64,000 nt of DNA, taken from the NCBI GenBank assembly GCA_001599295.1, contig BCGN01000002.1, positions 1,860,001-1,924,000 on the forward strand, written 5' to 3'. The notes under the pieces are model-generated. The model saw only the letters and a list, made by a program, of their open reading frames with translations, was not told the DNA's origin and searched no databases. Positions within the stretch are counted from its first letter, which is position 1, and each line of letters begins with the position of its first letter. The stretch is from Sporopachydermia quercuum (taxonomy: Eukaryota). Below, piece by piece: positions 12,001 through 23,288 of the stretch. The position numbers and the translations under genes are program-made.

Positions 12001-13815
12001 ATGTCTAACAAGGCTACTCCTACTCCACTTTTGAGTGAACAGAACCCAAGAGGTATCCCATCCTCTTTCCTTGACTATGCTAACAGATCAAAGAATGCCC
12101 ATTGGGAACAAAAGACCGTTTTCGAACCATACAAGCAAAAGGAGGAGTTACCAGTCTTACCTCCAAACACTTCTAGAACAAAATTCAATAATGCTATTCA
12201 AGAATTACGTGCTCTTGTTGGCTCCGAGAATGTCACTCTCAACGATAAACCTTTAGTTGATGGTTGGTATATGGAACCCCCTATTAGTCATGATGCTTAC
12301 TCAATTGTTGAACACGATGATTTGGTTTGTTCAGCTATTGTAGCCCCCGGATCAGTATCAGAAGTCCAAGATATTGTTCAATGGGCTAATAAACATCTGA
12401 TTCCAATTTATCCTGTTTCAATGGGTAGAAATTTTGGATATGGAGGATCAGCTCCAAGAGTTCGTGGTTCTGTTACCATTGACATGGGGCAGAGATTGAA
12501 CAAAGTTCTTGAGGTCGATGAGGTAAATGGAACAGTTATTGTTGAGCCTGGTGTTTCTTATTTCAAGCTTTATGAAACTTTGAAAACCAAGAATATGCTT
12601 GACAAGTTTTGGATTGATGTACCTGATCTTGGTGGCGGTTCAGTTCTTGGTAATACACTTGATAGAGGCGTCGGTTATACACCATACGGCGATCATTTTG
12701 GCCATCACTGCGGAATGGAAGTTGTCTTACCTAACGGTGAGTTATATAGAACAGGTATGGGTGCTTTGCCAAATTCGAACACTTGGCAATTGTTTCCTTA
12801 TGGTTTTGGCCCGTATGTTGATGGTCTATTTACTCAGAGTAACTTTGGTATCGTCACCAAGTTAGGTGTCGATCTTATGCCAAATCCTGGTGGACATCGT
12901 ACTTATTTGGTTACTTTCCAAGAGCAGGAGGATTTTTCAGAAGTAATTGAAGCCATTAGAAGACTTTGCTTATGTAAAGCTATTAATAATGTCCCACAAT
13001 TGAGACATGGCATTTCTGAATTAGCCACTACAGGGGTTAGATCTGATTATGTTGATCCATCTAAACCTCTAACTCCTGAACTAGTTAAAGAGCTTACAAA
13101 GAAAACTCCAGTTGGTTCATGCTCTTGGGTATTCTACGGCACTATTTATGGACCACCAGAAATCCTGGAATATAACTGGAAGTTGGTTAAAGCTGAGTTC
13201 GGTAAGATTAAAGGCAGCAGGTTTTTTTTACCTGAAGATTTACCTGCAGATCATTATATTCATTCAAGAGTTAATGTTTGCTCTGGTGTTCCAGAGTTGA
13301 GGGAAATGCAATGGTTGAATTGGGTACCAAATGGAGCTCATTTATTCTTCGCTCCTATTTCACCAATTACAAGAAAAGATGCCCAAACATTACTAGATTT
13401 ATCTTATAAAGTTCATCAGAAGTATGACATTGATTGTATGCCAGCTTTCTGTGTTGGAGCCAAAGAAATGCATTTGATTGTTAATGTTGTTTACAATAGA
13501 TATGATGCTAAGAACAAGAGGAATGCTCATGCTATATTGAGAGAATTAGTTGATCTTGCTGCTAAGGAAGGTTTTGGTGAATACAGAACTCATTTGTTGT
13601 TACAAGACCAAGTTCTAGCCACCTATGGTTTCAATGGTGAGATTCACAGAAGATTTAATGAAGCTATTAAGGATGCTTTAGATCCCAATGGTATTTTGGC
13701 TCCTGGTAGATGCGGCATTTGGCCAAAGAGTTATAGAGGTAAAGGATGGGAGCTTACAAAGGATGACGTTGGTAGAAAATCAGCACCTGAATTTCCTGAA
13801 CCAAATAAGCTTTAA
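12001..13815 (+). CDS. Vanillyl-alcohol oxidase-like FAD oxidase (VAO/PCMH family, 4-phenol oxidase subgroup)
   Basis: GRNFGYGGSAPR, DVPDLGGGSVLGN, RGVGYTPYGDH, GMEVVLPNGE..RTGMGALP, YGFGPYVDGLF, NGAHLFF, GEYRTH and DPNGILAPG match the Penicillium simplicissimum VAO motifs as recalled. Confidence 0.93.
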   Translation: MSNKATPTPLLSEQNPRGIPSSFLDYANRSKNAHWEQKTVFEPYKQKEELPVLPPNTSRTKFNNAIQELRALVGSENVTLNDKPLVDGWYMEPPISHDAYSIVEHDDLVCSAIVAPGSVSEVQDIVQWANKHLIPIYPVSMGRNFGYGGSAPRVRGSVTIDMGQRLNKVLEVDEVNGTVIVEPGVSYFKLYETLKTKNMLDKFWIDVPDLGGGSVLGNTLDRGVGYTPYGDHFGHHCGMEVVLPNGELYRTGMGALPNSNTWQLFPYGFGPYVDGLFTQSNFGIVTKLGVDLMPNPGGHRTYLVTFQEQEDFSEVIEAIRRLCLCKAINNVPQLRHGISELATTGVRSDYVDPSKPLTPELVKELTKKTPVGSCSWVFYGTIYGPPEILEYNWKLVKAEFGKIKGSRFFLPEDLPADHYIHSRVNVCSGVPELREMQWLNWVPNGAHLFFAPISPITRKDAQTLLDLSYKVHQKYDIDCMPAFCVGAKEMHLIVNVVYNRYDAKNKRNAHAILRELVDLAAKEGFGEYRTHLLLQDQVLATYGFNGEIHRRFNEAIKDALDPNGILAPGRCGIWPKSYRGKGWELTKDDVGRKSAPEFPEPNKL

Positions 13816-14510
13816 ATGTTTATTTAATAGTGAAATCGTGTTTTTTGTTTTCAATGAGCATTCTGTTAATAAGTCGAATAGTTGTTTAATAAGAATTATA
13901 GAATTGTAGAGCGGGATGTAAAATTTTCTTCATGTAGGAATCAAGGATTAAAAAAAAGTTAAAGTTAACAAATTTTGAGTACAATTGAATTACTTAAGTC
14001 TCTATTAAAGGTTGAACCTTATTCAAAGGACAGTTCCAGTAGCATTCCAATGATTTACAATTATTAGTAGGTAAATTTACTCTACGTTACCTATATTTTA
14101 TATAATTGTTGTAAAAGCGAAATAAGATTATGTTCTGCTTCTTGAAAGCTGCTACTTTCATCACCAAGAGTGGCTATCTGGCGTCTTATAAAAATAACTG
14201 CTTCCTAGCTGGAAACAGATTTTACCGCCTTTCCCAATTTGTATTGTCCTACATAAACTCTAAGTTGCTTTTTACAGTCAATTTCACTAGCATTTCTCTC
14301 TCTTCGTTTTGTTATCTCTTCAATTTGACTCATTATAGATGATTCGAGACCAGATATAATCAGTTATCGTTATCTGTATATCTATTGAGTATTTCTTGTG
14401 TTAATATCACTGTCCTATTGTTGAGGTTCTCATTTGTATCTACATTTTGTCATGTACTTCTTCAATTTGTGAATTGGTTGGTCATCCTTGCTGAACGAGT
14501 CGCTTAACAA

Positions 14511-14518
14511 ATGAGTCA
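14511..14518 (+). promoter_or_regulatory. Gcn4/AP-1-type site ATGAGTCA upstream of the GNAT gene
   Basis: Matches TGA(C/G)TCA about 520 bp upstream of the ATG. Confidence 0.35.
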
Positions 14519-15033
14519 CTCGTCAGACCCACCGGACCCATCACTAGGATTCTTCCTCAGTCATTCACTGGTTTGTATCCTTATCGTTTGAAGGTACTTA
14601 CTCATAGCCAACCTAACCACTCTTTTATTCCTCATTCGGCAATTCCTCTCCTAGTTATTGTCGCGAACACACATAAACTGGTTCATCTTAATCCTTAATC
14701 CCCATAGTGTCGATCCAAGTCATTTCTCTTCCTACTTTTATTNCCGCTTCAGGAAAATTTCCTAACCCTTGCTTAGATAAGAAATCTCCATAAACATGAT
14801 TTATTTCTATGTTATTTCTTTAGATATCAATTGGGTAAAATAGTATAAAAAGTCTCGTTCCTGTCATTGATTCGGAATATTATTTCGCAGGTTTTCTTTT
14901 GTAGGTATGTTGAACAAACAGCACTTACTGATTGAATTACTATTTTATAGCACTGATCTGATAGCGAATAAACTATAGGCCGGCGACTAGTCATCCAACT
15001 GTAGTCCCAAGAATACGTACTACTTCTTCAAAA

Positions 15034-15486
15034 ATGAGTGTTACCATTAGATACGCCGAGCAAGAAGACAAAGAAGCTTGGATTGAACTATGGCATAAAT
15101 ATTTAACTTTCTATAAAACTGAATTACCAGCAATTGTGGATGAAACAAACTGGACTAGATTCTTTGATGAGTCAGAACCAGTATGGTGTGCAGTTGCTGA
15201 AAATAATGAAGATGGCAGTATTGTTGGGTTTGTTACTTGGTTACAACATAGATCAACCTGGTCAGTGGGAGATAATATATATTTGAACGATTTGTTCGTT
15301 GATGAAAGTAAAAGATTGAAAGGTATTGGCGGTAAACTTATCAAATTTGTATATGCTGATAAGAAGAAGAGAGGAATTGCTAAAGTGTACTGGCATACTC
15401 AAAGCTTCAATCATAGGGCTCAAATGTTGTACACTAAAGTTGGCAAAGCAGAAGGCTTTGTCTCCTACAGAGATCCTGACGTTTAG
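15034..15486 (+). CDS. HPA3: GNAT acetyltransferase, Hpa2/Hpa3-like (D-amino-acid N-acetyltransferase)
   Basis: WIELWHKYLTFY, HRSTW, YLNDLFVD..RLKGIG..LI, VYWHT..FNHRAQMLYTKVG. Confidence 0.75.
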   Translation: MSVTIRYAEQEDKEAWIELWHKYLTFYKTELPAIVDETNWTRFFDESEPVWCAVAENNEDGSIVGFVTWLQHRSTWSVGDNIYLNDLFVDESKRLKGIGGKLIKFVYADKKKRGIAKVYWHTQSFNHRAQMLYTKVGKAEGFVSYRDPDV

Positions 15487-17132
15487 TTACTAAGTTTTTA
15501 ATCCTGTTATTATTTTTTAAAGAAGAATAAGATAATGTGCTGGAAGTATATTTGTTTGTTATTATGTTCATGAGGCCATGGCTGGCTGAATCTCAATGAG
15601 AGAACTAGCGCAATTGACAAGTTGTGGGCCCAACGCTGTGTAGCAGTTGAGGTAATGAATTTATATATTNCTAATTGGATAATAATTGGAGTTCTCTTGC
15701 TTTTGACATATTCTCAGAGTAATAGTAAACAGAGATAATATGGATCGACAGACAATGATGAGACAGCAATTAACTTTCTGAGAAGTATTTAAGGTTTAGC
15801 TTTCCTGCAGTTGTATGCGTCATAGCAAACTTTATATTACGAGGAAGTATGTGCCTGAGCCAAGTAAATTCTATGACTTGATAATTCACTATTTNCTCAG
15901 TTCATTGAGTAAATTTGCTGATTCTTTAACGTTCAATTGTCACGGGCATTGCGTCCAATATTGTAAGTGTTTATTCAGTAACATCAAGAACTCTTTAGCA
16001 CTTCTTTACCTGGCAATGATCTCNTTGCATCATAACCAAACTATTAAGTACTATCCCTTCTCGCGACACATTAATCTATTTGAGCTTTTGTTTTGCTCTC
16101 NGATATATGAACAGACTGATTCTTCATTAACCTATATATTCAATTTAGCTGGGAGGTATTCATTTCAATTTCAAAATCCTTACTAACTCGATTGTTCACG
16201 CTTGTTAACTCGCTGCATCAATACTTCTCCCACTAGCGAAAGTTATTCAGAATGAAGCTGCTTCAAAATCAATAACATAATCTATTATTATACAGCCATT
16301 ACCANTGCAAACAAAAGCAAGTCGACAAATATAATCTCTGAAATGAGCTACCGCAAAATATATTGTATGTATCACCATAAATAGGCAGTTCTTATCTGTT
16401 GCTCCTAACCACTCTATCTACACCCTCATGTCTCTTTAGCTCATAGAACCATTCCCAACGCCAACTCTATAACGGGAGAGTTACACATCTTACCTTCCGT
16501 AGTCAAAATCAGTTGACATTTANTAGTACAAACCGCCACTTCGAAAAGAAAAATTCAAAACTTGTAATCAAAGGAAAAAAAGATTGTGATATTCATGTTG
16601 ACAACTTCACAGCTCAATACTGTCAACAACCAAAGTACAATACACTCTTTAAATAATGCATAGTATTCCATCCATTATCTCTTCGCTTGGAGTACTCCCG
16701 AAATTCAATCACCGAATATGCAACAAATAGAACATTGATGCATAAGGTCAAAACTCTATTCTTCTCACATGTACATATATTGAAACTTTGATTTAACCGG
16801 CATTCTAAGTAAACTTTGCCCTGTTGGGAAGGAAAGTATTCTTTTCTTAGCCCGAGAATGAAGAATTAAAGAGGACGGTTTCCCATTCATTCAGATTAGC
16901 TTCTCACTCTTTTCTCCTTCTTCCTACACAATTAAAAGATTGCTTGCTTATCATTGTTGATCAACAAGTGCACCACTGGAAGGAATTGAAAATTCTCTTC
17001 GATTCATGGAGAGAGAAAGTGTAATTTGCGTTATGTCGTGAATGCTATTATGCACTTAGGCCTCAACACAATATAATCTCTACACTAATATTTAATTATC
17101 CTGATCACTAGCCATTTAGTCATTTATACAAA

Positions 17133-18039
17133 ATGAGCACAACATCTGTATTTCCATTCCCAAACTCAAGCGAGTTGGCGGAAGAGTTTGGTAAATATGT
17201 TATCAAGAAACAAAACGAAGCTTTATCTAATAACAATAGCGGAAGATTCACAGTTGCTATATCAGGTGGAAGTTTGGGTAAAATGCTCCATCAATCTTTG
17301 GTCGCGGACAAAGAAATAACAAAAGAAATTAAATGGGAAACTTGGGATATTTATTTCTCTGATGAGCGTTTGGTGCCTTTGGATCACGAGGATTCCAACT
17401 ATAAGCTATTCAATGAAAATGTACTATCTAAACTTTCTGAACAATCAAAACCTCTTCCAAGAGTTACTGCAATTGATGAATCTTCACTACAAACATCAAC
17501 AGCGGAGGAAATAGCAAATAAATATGAAAAGGCGATATTGTCAGGATTCAATATTTCCGATAAAGAGATACCAGAATTCGATTTAGTGCTGTTAGGCTGT
17601 GGGCCTGATGGACATACGTGTTCTTTGTTTGTTGGACATGAATTACTAAAAGTTGATGACAGACTGATAGCATCAATAGAAAATTCACCAAAGCCACCAC
17701 CAAGAAGAATAACTTTTACATTTGTTCTATTGAAGGCTGCAAAAAAGTATGTTTATTTGTTATTTGACGTCTATTTTTTTGTTCCGTATGAATACTATTG
17801 AAGCATAGTTTTCCAGTATATTTTACTAACTGAGCATTCTATATAGTATTGCGTTTGTTGCTGAAGGTTCAAGCAAATCAGAAGTTTTGAAAGAGATTTT
17901 CAATGAAAAGGATGAATCAGTTCGTTTGAAATATCCTTCAGCATTAGTCAATTATTATGGTGGAAATAGGGTAACTTGGTTTGTTGATGATGCTGCTGTT
18001 AATGGTGTCAATTTGCAAAATTTTAAAGGCCTGCTTTGA
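17133..18039 (+). CDS. SOL3: 6-phosphogluconolactonase; exons 17133-17746 and 17847-18039
   Basis: ISGGSL, FSDERLVP, DLVLLGCGPDGHTCSLF, SPKPPPRRIT. The intron (GTATGT 17747, TACTAAC 17824, TAG 17846) restores IAFVAEGSSK...VTWFVDDAA. Confidence 0.9.
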
Positions 18040-18286
18040 TTATATAGATCTTTGCATTGAAGCTGGGCCGAAACGAATCTCAAAACTGCCTGTAATACTC
18101 TCATCTACANATTCCTTTAAACCAGTAATTTGGTACTCATATAATACATCTCAATCTTTGATCCTAAATTCTACATTCAGTTTCATATAATCAGTTTCTC
18201 AGATTAAACATTGCCCTCTGTATCTGTATTTGTGTATACATTAATTTCAATATTTTACATAGATTCATACCATTTCCACAATGTAC

Positions 18287-19219
18287 CTACCTTCTGTCTC
18301 TATATTCTCTTCTATCATAACGGTCACGAACACCATTACCTGATCTGTCATTCATTCTCTCCCTTTCTTTGTTTCTATCATTATCTCTACTTCTACTATC
18401 CGCTTGTCTCCTCCTAACGGGTGCAAAAGAATCTCTAGTATCTCTAGCCTTCAACACTATAGGTGAGTATGCAGACTTTTTCTTCTGTTTGGTTCCTAGA
18501 ACTTCGGGTACGTCTTTAGCTCCAAGACCTAGAAACGCACTCCTTGGTTTCCTGTCAGCAAAAANGCTACTACCATTTGAACCTGTGCCACTGTTATTAC
18601 TATCATTACCGTTAAAATCGTCACTAGTTTTTCCTACTTCTGATTTTCCATCCCAGCCCATTCCTCTTAATAGTGCAGCTCCAAATTGATCTACTGATAC
18701 TTTCTCATACACTTCTATCTTAGGAGCTTCTGGCCTTGTCTTTAAATCATTCTTGTATGCTTGCTCTTCAGTGATTAGTTTCCTTATAGTACTTCTAGAA
18801 CTGTCATTTGACAAATTTTTTTCTTTGTGATTTTCATGATCTTCAAATTCTTTTTTGATTGAAGTGTTCAATCCATATTTCAATTCTGATTCATTATCAT
18901 TATTACCTGCTTGAACTTCTGTAGCACGTCTCCTTAAGTCTTCTCTATAATCTCGCACTTCTGGTACAATCACTAATGGTTTAGCTTTTTCTGCTTCCAA
19001 TGCCCTTCTTTTTAGCTCTTCTTGGTCATCTGTATCAAATTCGTTTTTCTCTGCATTGAAAGACGTTATAGTTATAGATTTGCCTTCGTTATCATCTTCC
19101 TCGTTTGTACTGCCACTGAGAAGACTTTTCACTACTGGTGAAGGAGCTGCTTTTGGTTTCTCTGACTGCTTTTTCTTAAGGCTTAGATTAAAGCCTTTTT
19201 TCAACGTAAATCCTGACAT
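18287..19219 (-). CDS. SPP2: G-patch pre-mRNA splicing factor Spp2/GPKOW-like
   Basis: YEKVSVDQFGAALLRGMGW and FLGLGAK G-patch motifs; RD-rich tail. Confidence 0.75.
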   Translation of the reverse strand: MSGFTLKKGFNLSLKKKQSEKPKAAPSPVVKSLLSGSTNEEDDNEGKSITITSFNAEKNEFDTDDQEELKRRALEAEKAKPLVIVPEVRDYREDLRRRATEVQAGNNDNESELKYGLNTSIKKEFEDHENHKEKNLSNDSSRSTIRKLITEEQAYKNDLKTRPEAPKIEVYEKVSVDQFGAALLRGMGWDGKSEVGKTSDDFNGNDSNNSGTGSNGSSXFADRKPRSAFLGLGAKDVPEVLGTKQKKKSAYSPIVLKARDTRDSFAPVRRRQADSRSRDNDRNKERERMNDRSGNGVRDRYDRREYRDRR

Positions 19220-20229
19220 TTCATGAAATGCCTTTCGCTGATATACCAGGTTTTCCTGATACCGTAAATGAAGTAGGTATAGTATTAAAGTCTCTGTGAC
19301 TGAGATATGGAATGGTTGAGGCCTGTATGAGTAGCGTTACACAGTATAGAATAAGAACATAAGGAATAAAAATGAAGCACTGGTTATCGGCTACATTATA
19401 ACAGAGGCCTACAGATGTTGTGTGGTTAAGTAATCTCCAGTAATTTGATAAACTAGAATCCTGCCATATTTACATCATAAAGTGAACGATAAATAGCCAA
19501 TACTGTTAAATGATCGAAATTCTGAAAGATGAAGAGTAATTAGGTTAGAGTTTATGCGTGAGCAGGTATATTCCTAGAACTTTATGAAGTCATCTTTCTC
19601 AATGAGATTGACAAGTTAAATATATTTACAATCATTTCGTTCATATTAACGAAAAAATATTCAATTAGATTGCAGTAAATATATATTTTTGATACCCTTC
19701 TTGTTTTCAAATAGCAATTTATTTGCTCTTTGAAGAATACCTCAGTGCTTCATTCTAAGTTTCTCTACAGAATAATACATGAACCATGCGTATATGCCAT
19801 TACCATACATTCAAACTAATTACAACAATACTCTCATAAATACATATATATCTTATTCAAGAATCAAAACAATTTTTTCCATACATAATTCCCTTTATCT
19901 AGTTTTGTTTTCCGCAAATTGATCACTCCAGCGTCTATTTGTCATGCTAACTCCAATACTTATCGCTTATATCCCCTCTGGTGGTATATACTTCCAAATC
20001 TTATTCTCTAAATAATTAATACTCCATCATGTGACTCCGAGTACCGCAAATGGATATGAAGCTGATTGTTATTTTGACCATCTCTAAAAGGAGGGAAAGG
20101 AGTCGTACTATTNTTGATAACATATAGATCTCTTCATATGTAACTGGGAATACTCCCTAACATTCTTTTATTGCTAAGTGAAACTCATTCGCGTATTTCA
20201 TCATCTGCACTAAGTGCCGAAACTAGGAA

Positions 20230-21858
20230 ATGTTTTGTAAGCTGTTGATAAGCAATGCAACAACCCGAAGAACAGTTCAATCGATATCGATTTTAATTAC
20301 TCGGAATGTCGGGTTGAGGAACAGCTTTGCTCGTATCCNGCATATTTACTCTGGAAATACGTTTTATTCCACTACAGGTAACAAACATGTTGAATCCCAT
20401 GAAAATAGAAAGAAATCTGAGACCCCAGTGAATTCTGGTGAAAACAAATCTGTCAACGGTACTAAAGCAAGCTCATCGCTATCGCTATCGCAATCAGGAT
20501 CAGGATCAGAATTAGAATCCACCGAAGAACTACCAAAGGAAGAAGAACTAAAACTACAGGAGATCCTTAGATCAGCAATTATTCGTAGCACGAAGCCTCT
20601 GATAAAGGAAAGTGAATTGAGAGAAACCAGTGGAAAAGATGAAGGCTCTGTTGCATTGGTAACCCAATCTATGAACAGCAAACCTACAATGGCCAATCAA
20701 AATCAGGATATCAGTATCAATGGGAAGGAAGACGTATCAGCGGGTGCAACAAAAGGCTCCTCAAGCACATTTCAGCTAACATTTCCAACACTTATAACGG
20801 CAGAAACTATAAATAACTATGTTGTAACTCTGTCGAAACTAATTAATGATTTGACGGGATATACCCATATTCAAAGACTAAAAGAGAATGTAGAAAACCA
20901 GGAAGAACGTTTGCAGTTGATGAAGTCTCAAGTACGTATTGCCAAACAGAATTACTCAACAGCCATTGCAAATAGATCAACTTCTCAAAGGGAAGTTAAT
21001 GAGCTTTTACAAAGAAAACATGCTTGGACTCCAAGTGATGTAGAAAGGTTTACTACATTGTACAGGAACGATCACAGCAATGAAAAGCTGGAAGCAAAAT
21101 CAGCTCAATTACTAGAAACAGTAGAACGAGATGAAGAAGAAGCACAAGCGTTGTTAATGAAATCTATTTTAGATAGGTATCATCAAGAACAAATTTGGAG
21201 TGATAAGATACGAAGAATTGGTACATGGGGTACTCTTGTGGTTATGGGCATTAATTTGTTGTTATTCATTGTTGTACAGCTTATTTTAGAGCCGAGAAAG
21301 AGACGCCGACTTGTTGATATGTTTGAGAATAAAACAAGAGAATATTTAGAGACAGAAGGTAAAAAGCTAGATGTTTTAGCGGAACAAATGAAGCCTCAAA
21401 TTGAAAGTGGAGCCACCACTGGTGGGATAACCGATATAGCAGCAAGTGAAAAGTATGAAGATGATGACTTGCAGAGTGTGGTTGTTTCTAAAGAAGATTC
21501 AACGACAGAACCGGTTGATCTACAGCCCAAAGAATTGAACAACGAACCAACAACAACAACATCACCATCATCACCTATTTCTTCGTTAACACTACTAGCT
21601 GATCTCGTCTCAATACTATGTAATAATTTATCAGTCGATCTTCTCACTCAAAAGCCTATAGAATTTCTCGAAATGCTGTATCAGAACTCGATTTTAACTC
21701 TGACTCGCATATGGTCTATTTTNACCTGCAAAGCTCATTATATTCACAATCAAAATACATTCACCTTAACTAAATCAGAATTTATGTTCACCTCCTCGGT
21801 TTTCACCCTTTTTGGTACGACATTTGGCTGGTGGCTTAGTTCATCAATGCTTTTCTGA
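20230..21858 (+). CDS. SHE9: Mitochondrial inner-membrane protein She9/Mdm33
   Basis: NDLTGY, RSTSQREVNELLQRKHAW, RYHQEQIWSDKIRR..TWGT, EPRKRRRLV; presequence-like N-terminus. Confidence 0.9.
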   Translation: MFCKLLISNATTRRTVQSISILITRNVGLRNSFARIXHIYSGNTFYSTTGNKHVESHENRKKSETPVNSGENKSVNGTKASSSLSLSQSGSGSELESTEELPKEEELKLQEILRSAIIRSTKPLIKESELRETSGKDEGSVALVTQSMNSKPTMANQNQDISINGKEDVSAGATKGSSSTFQLTFPTLITAETINNYVVTLSKLINDLTGYTHIQRLKENVENQEERLQLMKSQVRIAKQNYSTAIANRSTSQREVNELLQRKHAWTPSDVERFTTLYRNDHSNEKLEAKSAQLLETVERDEEEAQALLMKSILDRYHQEQIWSDKIRRIGTWGTLVVMGINLLLFIVVQLILEPRKRRRLVDMFENKTREYLETEGKKLDVLAEQMKPQIESGATTGGITDIAASEKYEDDDLQSVVVSKEDSTTEPVDLQPKELNNEPTTTTSPSSPISSLTLLADLVSILCNNLSVDLLTQKPIEFLEMLYQNSILTLTRIWSIXTCKAHYIHNQNTFTLTKSEFMFTSSVFTLFGTTFGWWLSSSMLF

Positions 21859-22114
21859 TCTACTAAATATCAGAAAGATAGAAGATGCATCCTATGTTCA
21901 CACTGGATGCAGATCGCACATATTTTCTGTACATATTTTCAAACCTGTCCACTTCTGAGATGATAACTAGTAATCATCTTGCTCGATTTTGAAGATAAAA
22001 GCATAATATAGCATTATATACCAATAAAAGGCATTAAAGATACAAGCCCACTGTCACCATTATCACCATTCCATCAATTGAGATATTAATGATAACGTAA
22101 CATTAAATCTATAC

Positions 22115-22122
22115 CACGTGAC
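22115..22122. promoter_or_regulatory. Cbf1-type E-box (GTCACGTG on the minus strand)
   Basis: CACGTGAC about 250 bp upstream of the cyclophilin ATG. Confidence 0.3.
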
Positions 22123-22367
22123 TAAGAATTGAGTTTTACTTCAAAATAGTCCCAAAAGAGGTTCTTTAATTAAAAGATCAGAAGACTAGTAGCAGGAAAA
22201 CTGCANCCAGATTCCAATTCCATCATCATCATATTAGATATCCCTGTTTGCCAACAAATAGATAGCATCAAAATAGTATCTTCTTTTTTTATTGCATGTG
22301 GTATGTGTGTGTTTCTAATCACGTTCTATAATACAACCCACAGATCAACACTCGCCTTTAGAATCCA

Positions 22368-23288
22368 ATGCAGTACACAATGAAAGGATATCAACTAATA
22401 CTCATTTTGACTGTAGTGTTAACGCTCGTACAAACATCATATTCATTTCCTGCACCAGCTCCTCCTCAGAAGAAAGAGAGCGGAGAAAATTTACCAGCTG
22501 ACCCACCTGTTACAGACTATGTGTATATAAACATAACACAGGGTGAAACTTTCCTTGAGGCAAACTATTTAGGAACTGTCAAGGTCGGTCTCTTCAGAAC
22601 AATTGTGCCTCGTACAGTTCAAAATTTTGTACTTTTAAGCGAAAACTCAAAGGGATTTGGTTTCAAAAACTCTGGTACTACATTTCATAGAGTCATCAAA
22701 GATTTTATGATTCAAGGAGGCGATTTTGAGAACCACGATGGAACAGGAGGATATTCACCATTGAGGGAATTCTCAGCTGAAGCTGTGAATTCTCATAAGA
22801 AGAACAGCTCAAAGGATCGCAAGGGTGAGCGCTATTTTGATGACGAAAACTTCCGTATAAAACATGATAGACCAGGCCGTTTGAGTATGGCTAACTCGGG
22901 TCCCAATACTAATGGTGCACAATTTTTTATTACTACTGTTCCCACACCATGGCTAGATGGTCGTCATGTCGTTTTTGGTCAAGTAGAAGACGGAATGGAT
23001 TTTGTGCATAAGATTGAGAATACTGTTACTGATGAGAGAGATAGGCCCTTAACGAACATCTATATGGCCGATTTGAAGGTAGAACGTGTTGAAGCAGGAG
23101 AGTTTGAAGTTGAGAAAGCTGAACAGTTCGATCTTCAAGAGAAGAAAGTAAGCGCAAAACTTGATAGTACGTTTGTTATCGTTGGTTCCTTGATTGTATG
23201 TGTTGTTGGAGTATTTTTTGGTATCAAGTTTTTCAAGTTACGTAAGAGACGCGTTACTTCTAAGTCGAAAGCTAAATGGGCAGCATGA
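22368..23288 (+). CDS. Secretory-pathway cyclophilin (peptidyl-prolyl isomerase) with signal peptide and C-terminal TM segment
   Basis: [44 protein letters not shown]; hydrophobic N-terminus; TM segment followed by a basic tail. Confidence 0.9.
   Translation: MQYTMKGYQLILILTVVLTLVQTSYSFPAPAPPQKKESGENLPADPPVTDYVYINITQGETFLEANYLGTVKVGLFRTIVPRTVQNFVLLSENSKGFGFKNSGTTFHRVIKDFMIQGGDFENHDGTGGYSPLREFSAEAVNSHKKNSSKDRKGERYFDDENFRIKHDRPGRLSMANSGPNTNGAQFFITTVPTPWLDGRHVVFGQVEDGMDFVHKIENTVTDERDRPLTNIYMADLKVERVEAGEFEVEKAEQFDLQEKKVSAKLDSTFVIVGSLIVCVVGVFFGIKFFKLRKRRVTSKSKAKWAA

Noticed and set aside
15815..16186. 123-aa ORF, and similar intergenic ORFs at 23579-23938, 52720-52995, 53089-53478 and 61656-61982
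   Set aside because: No recognisable motifs, and composition is typical of random AT-rich DNA.
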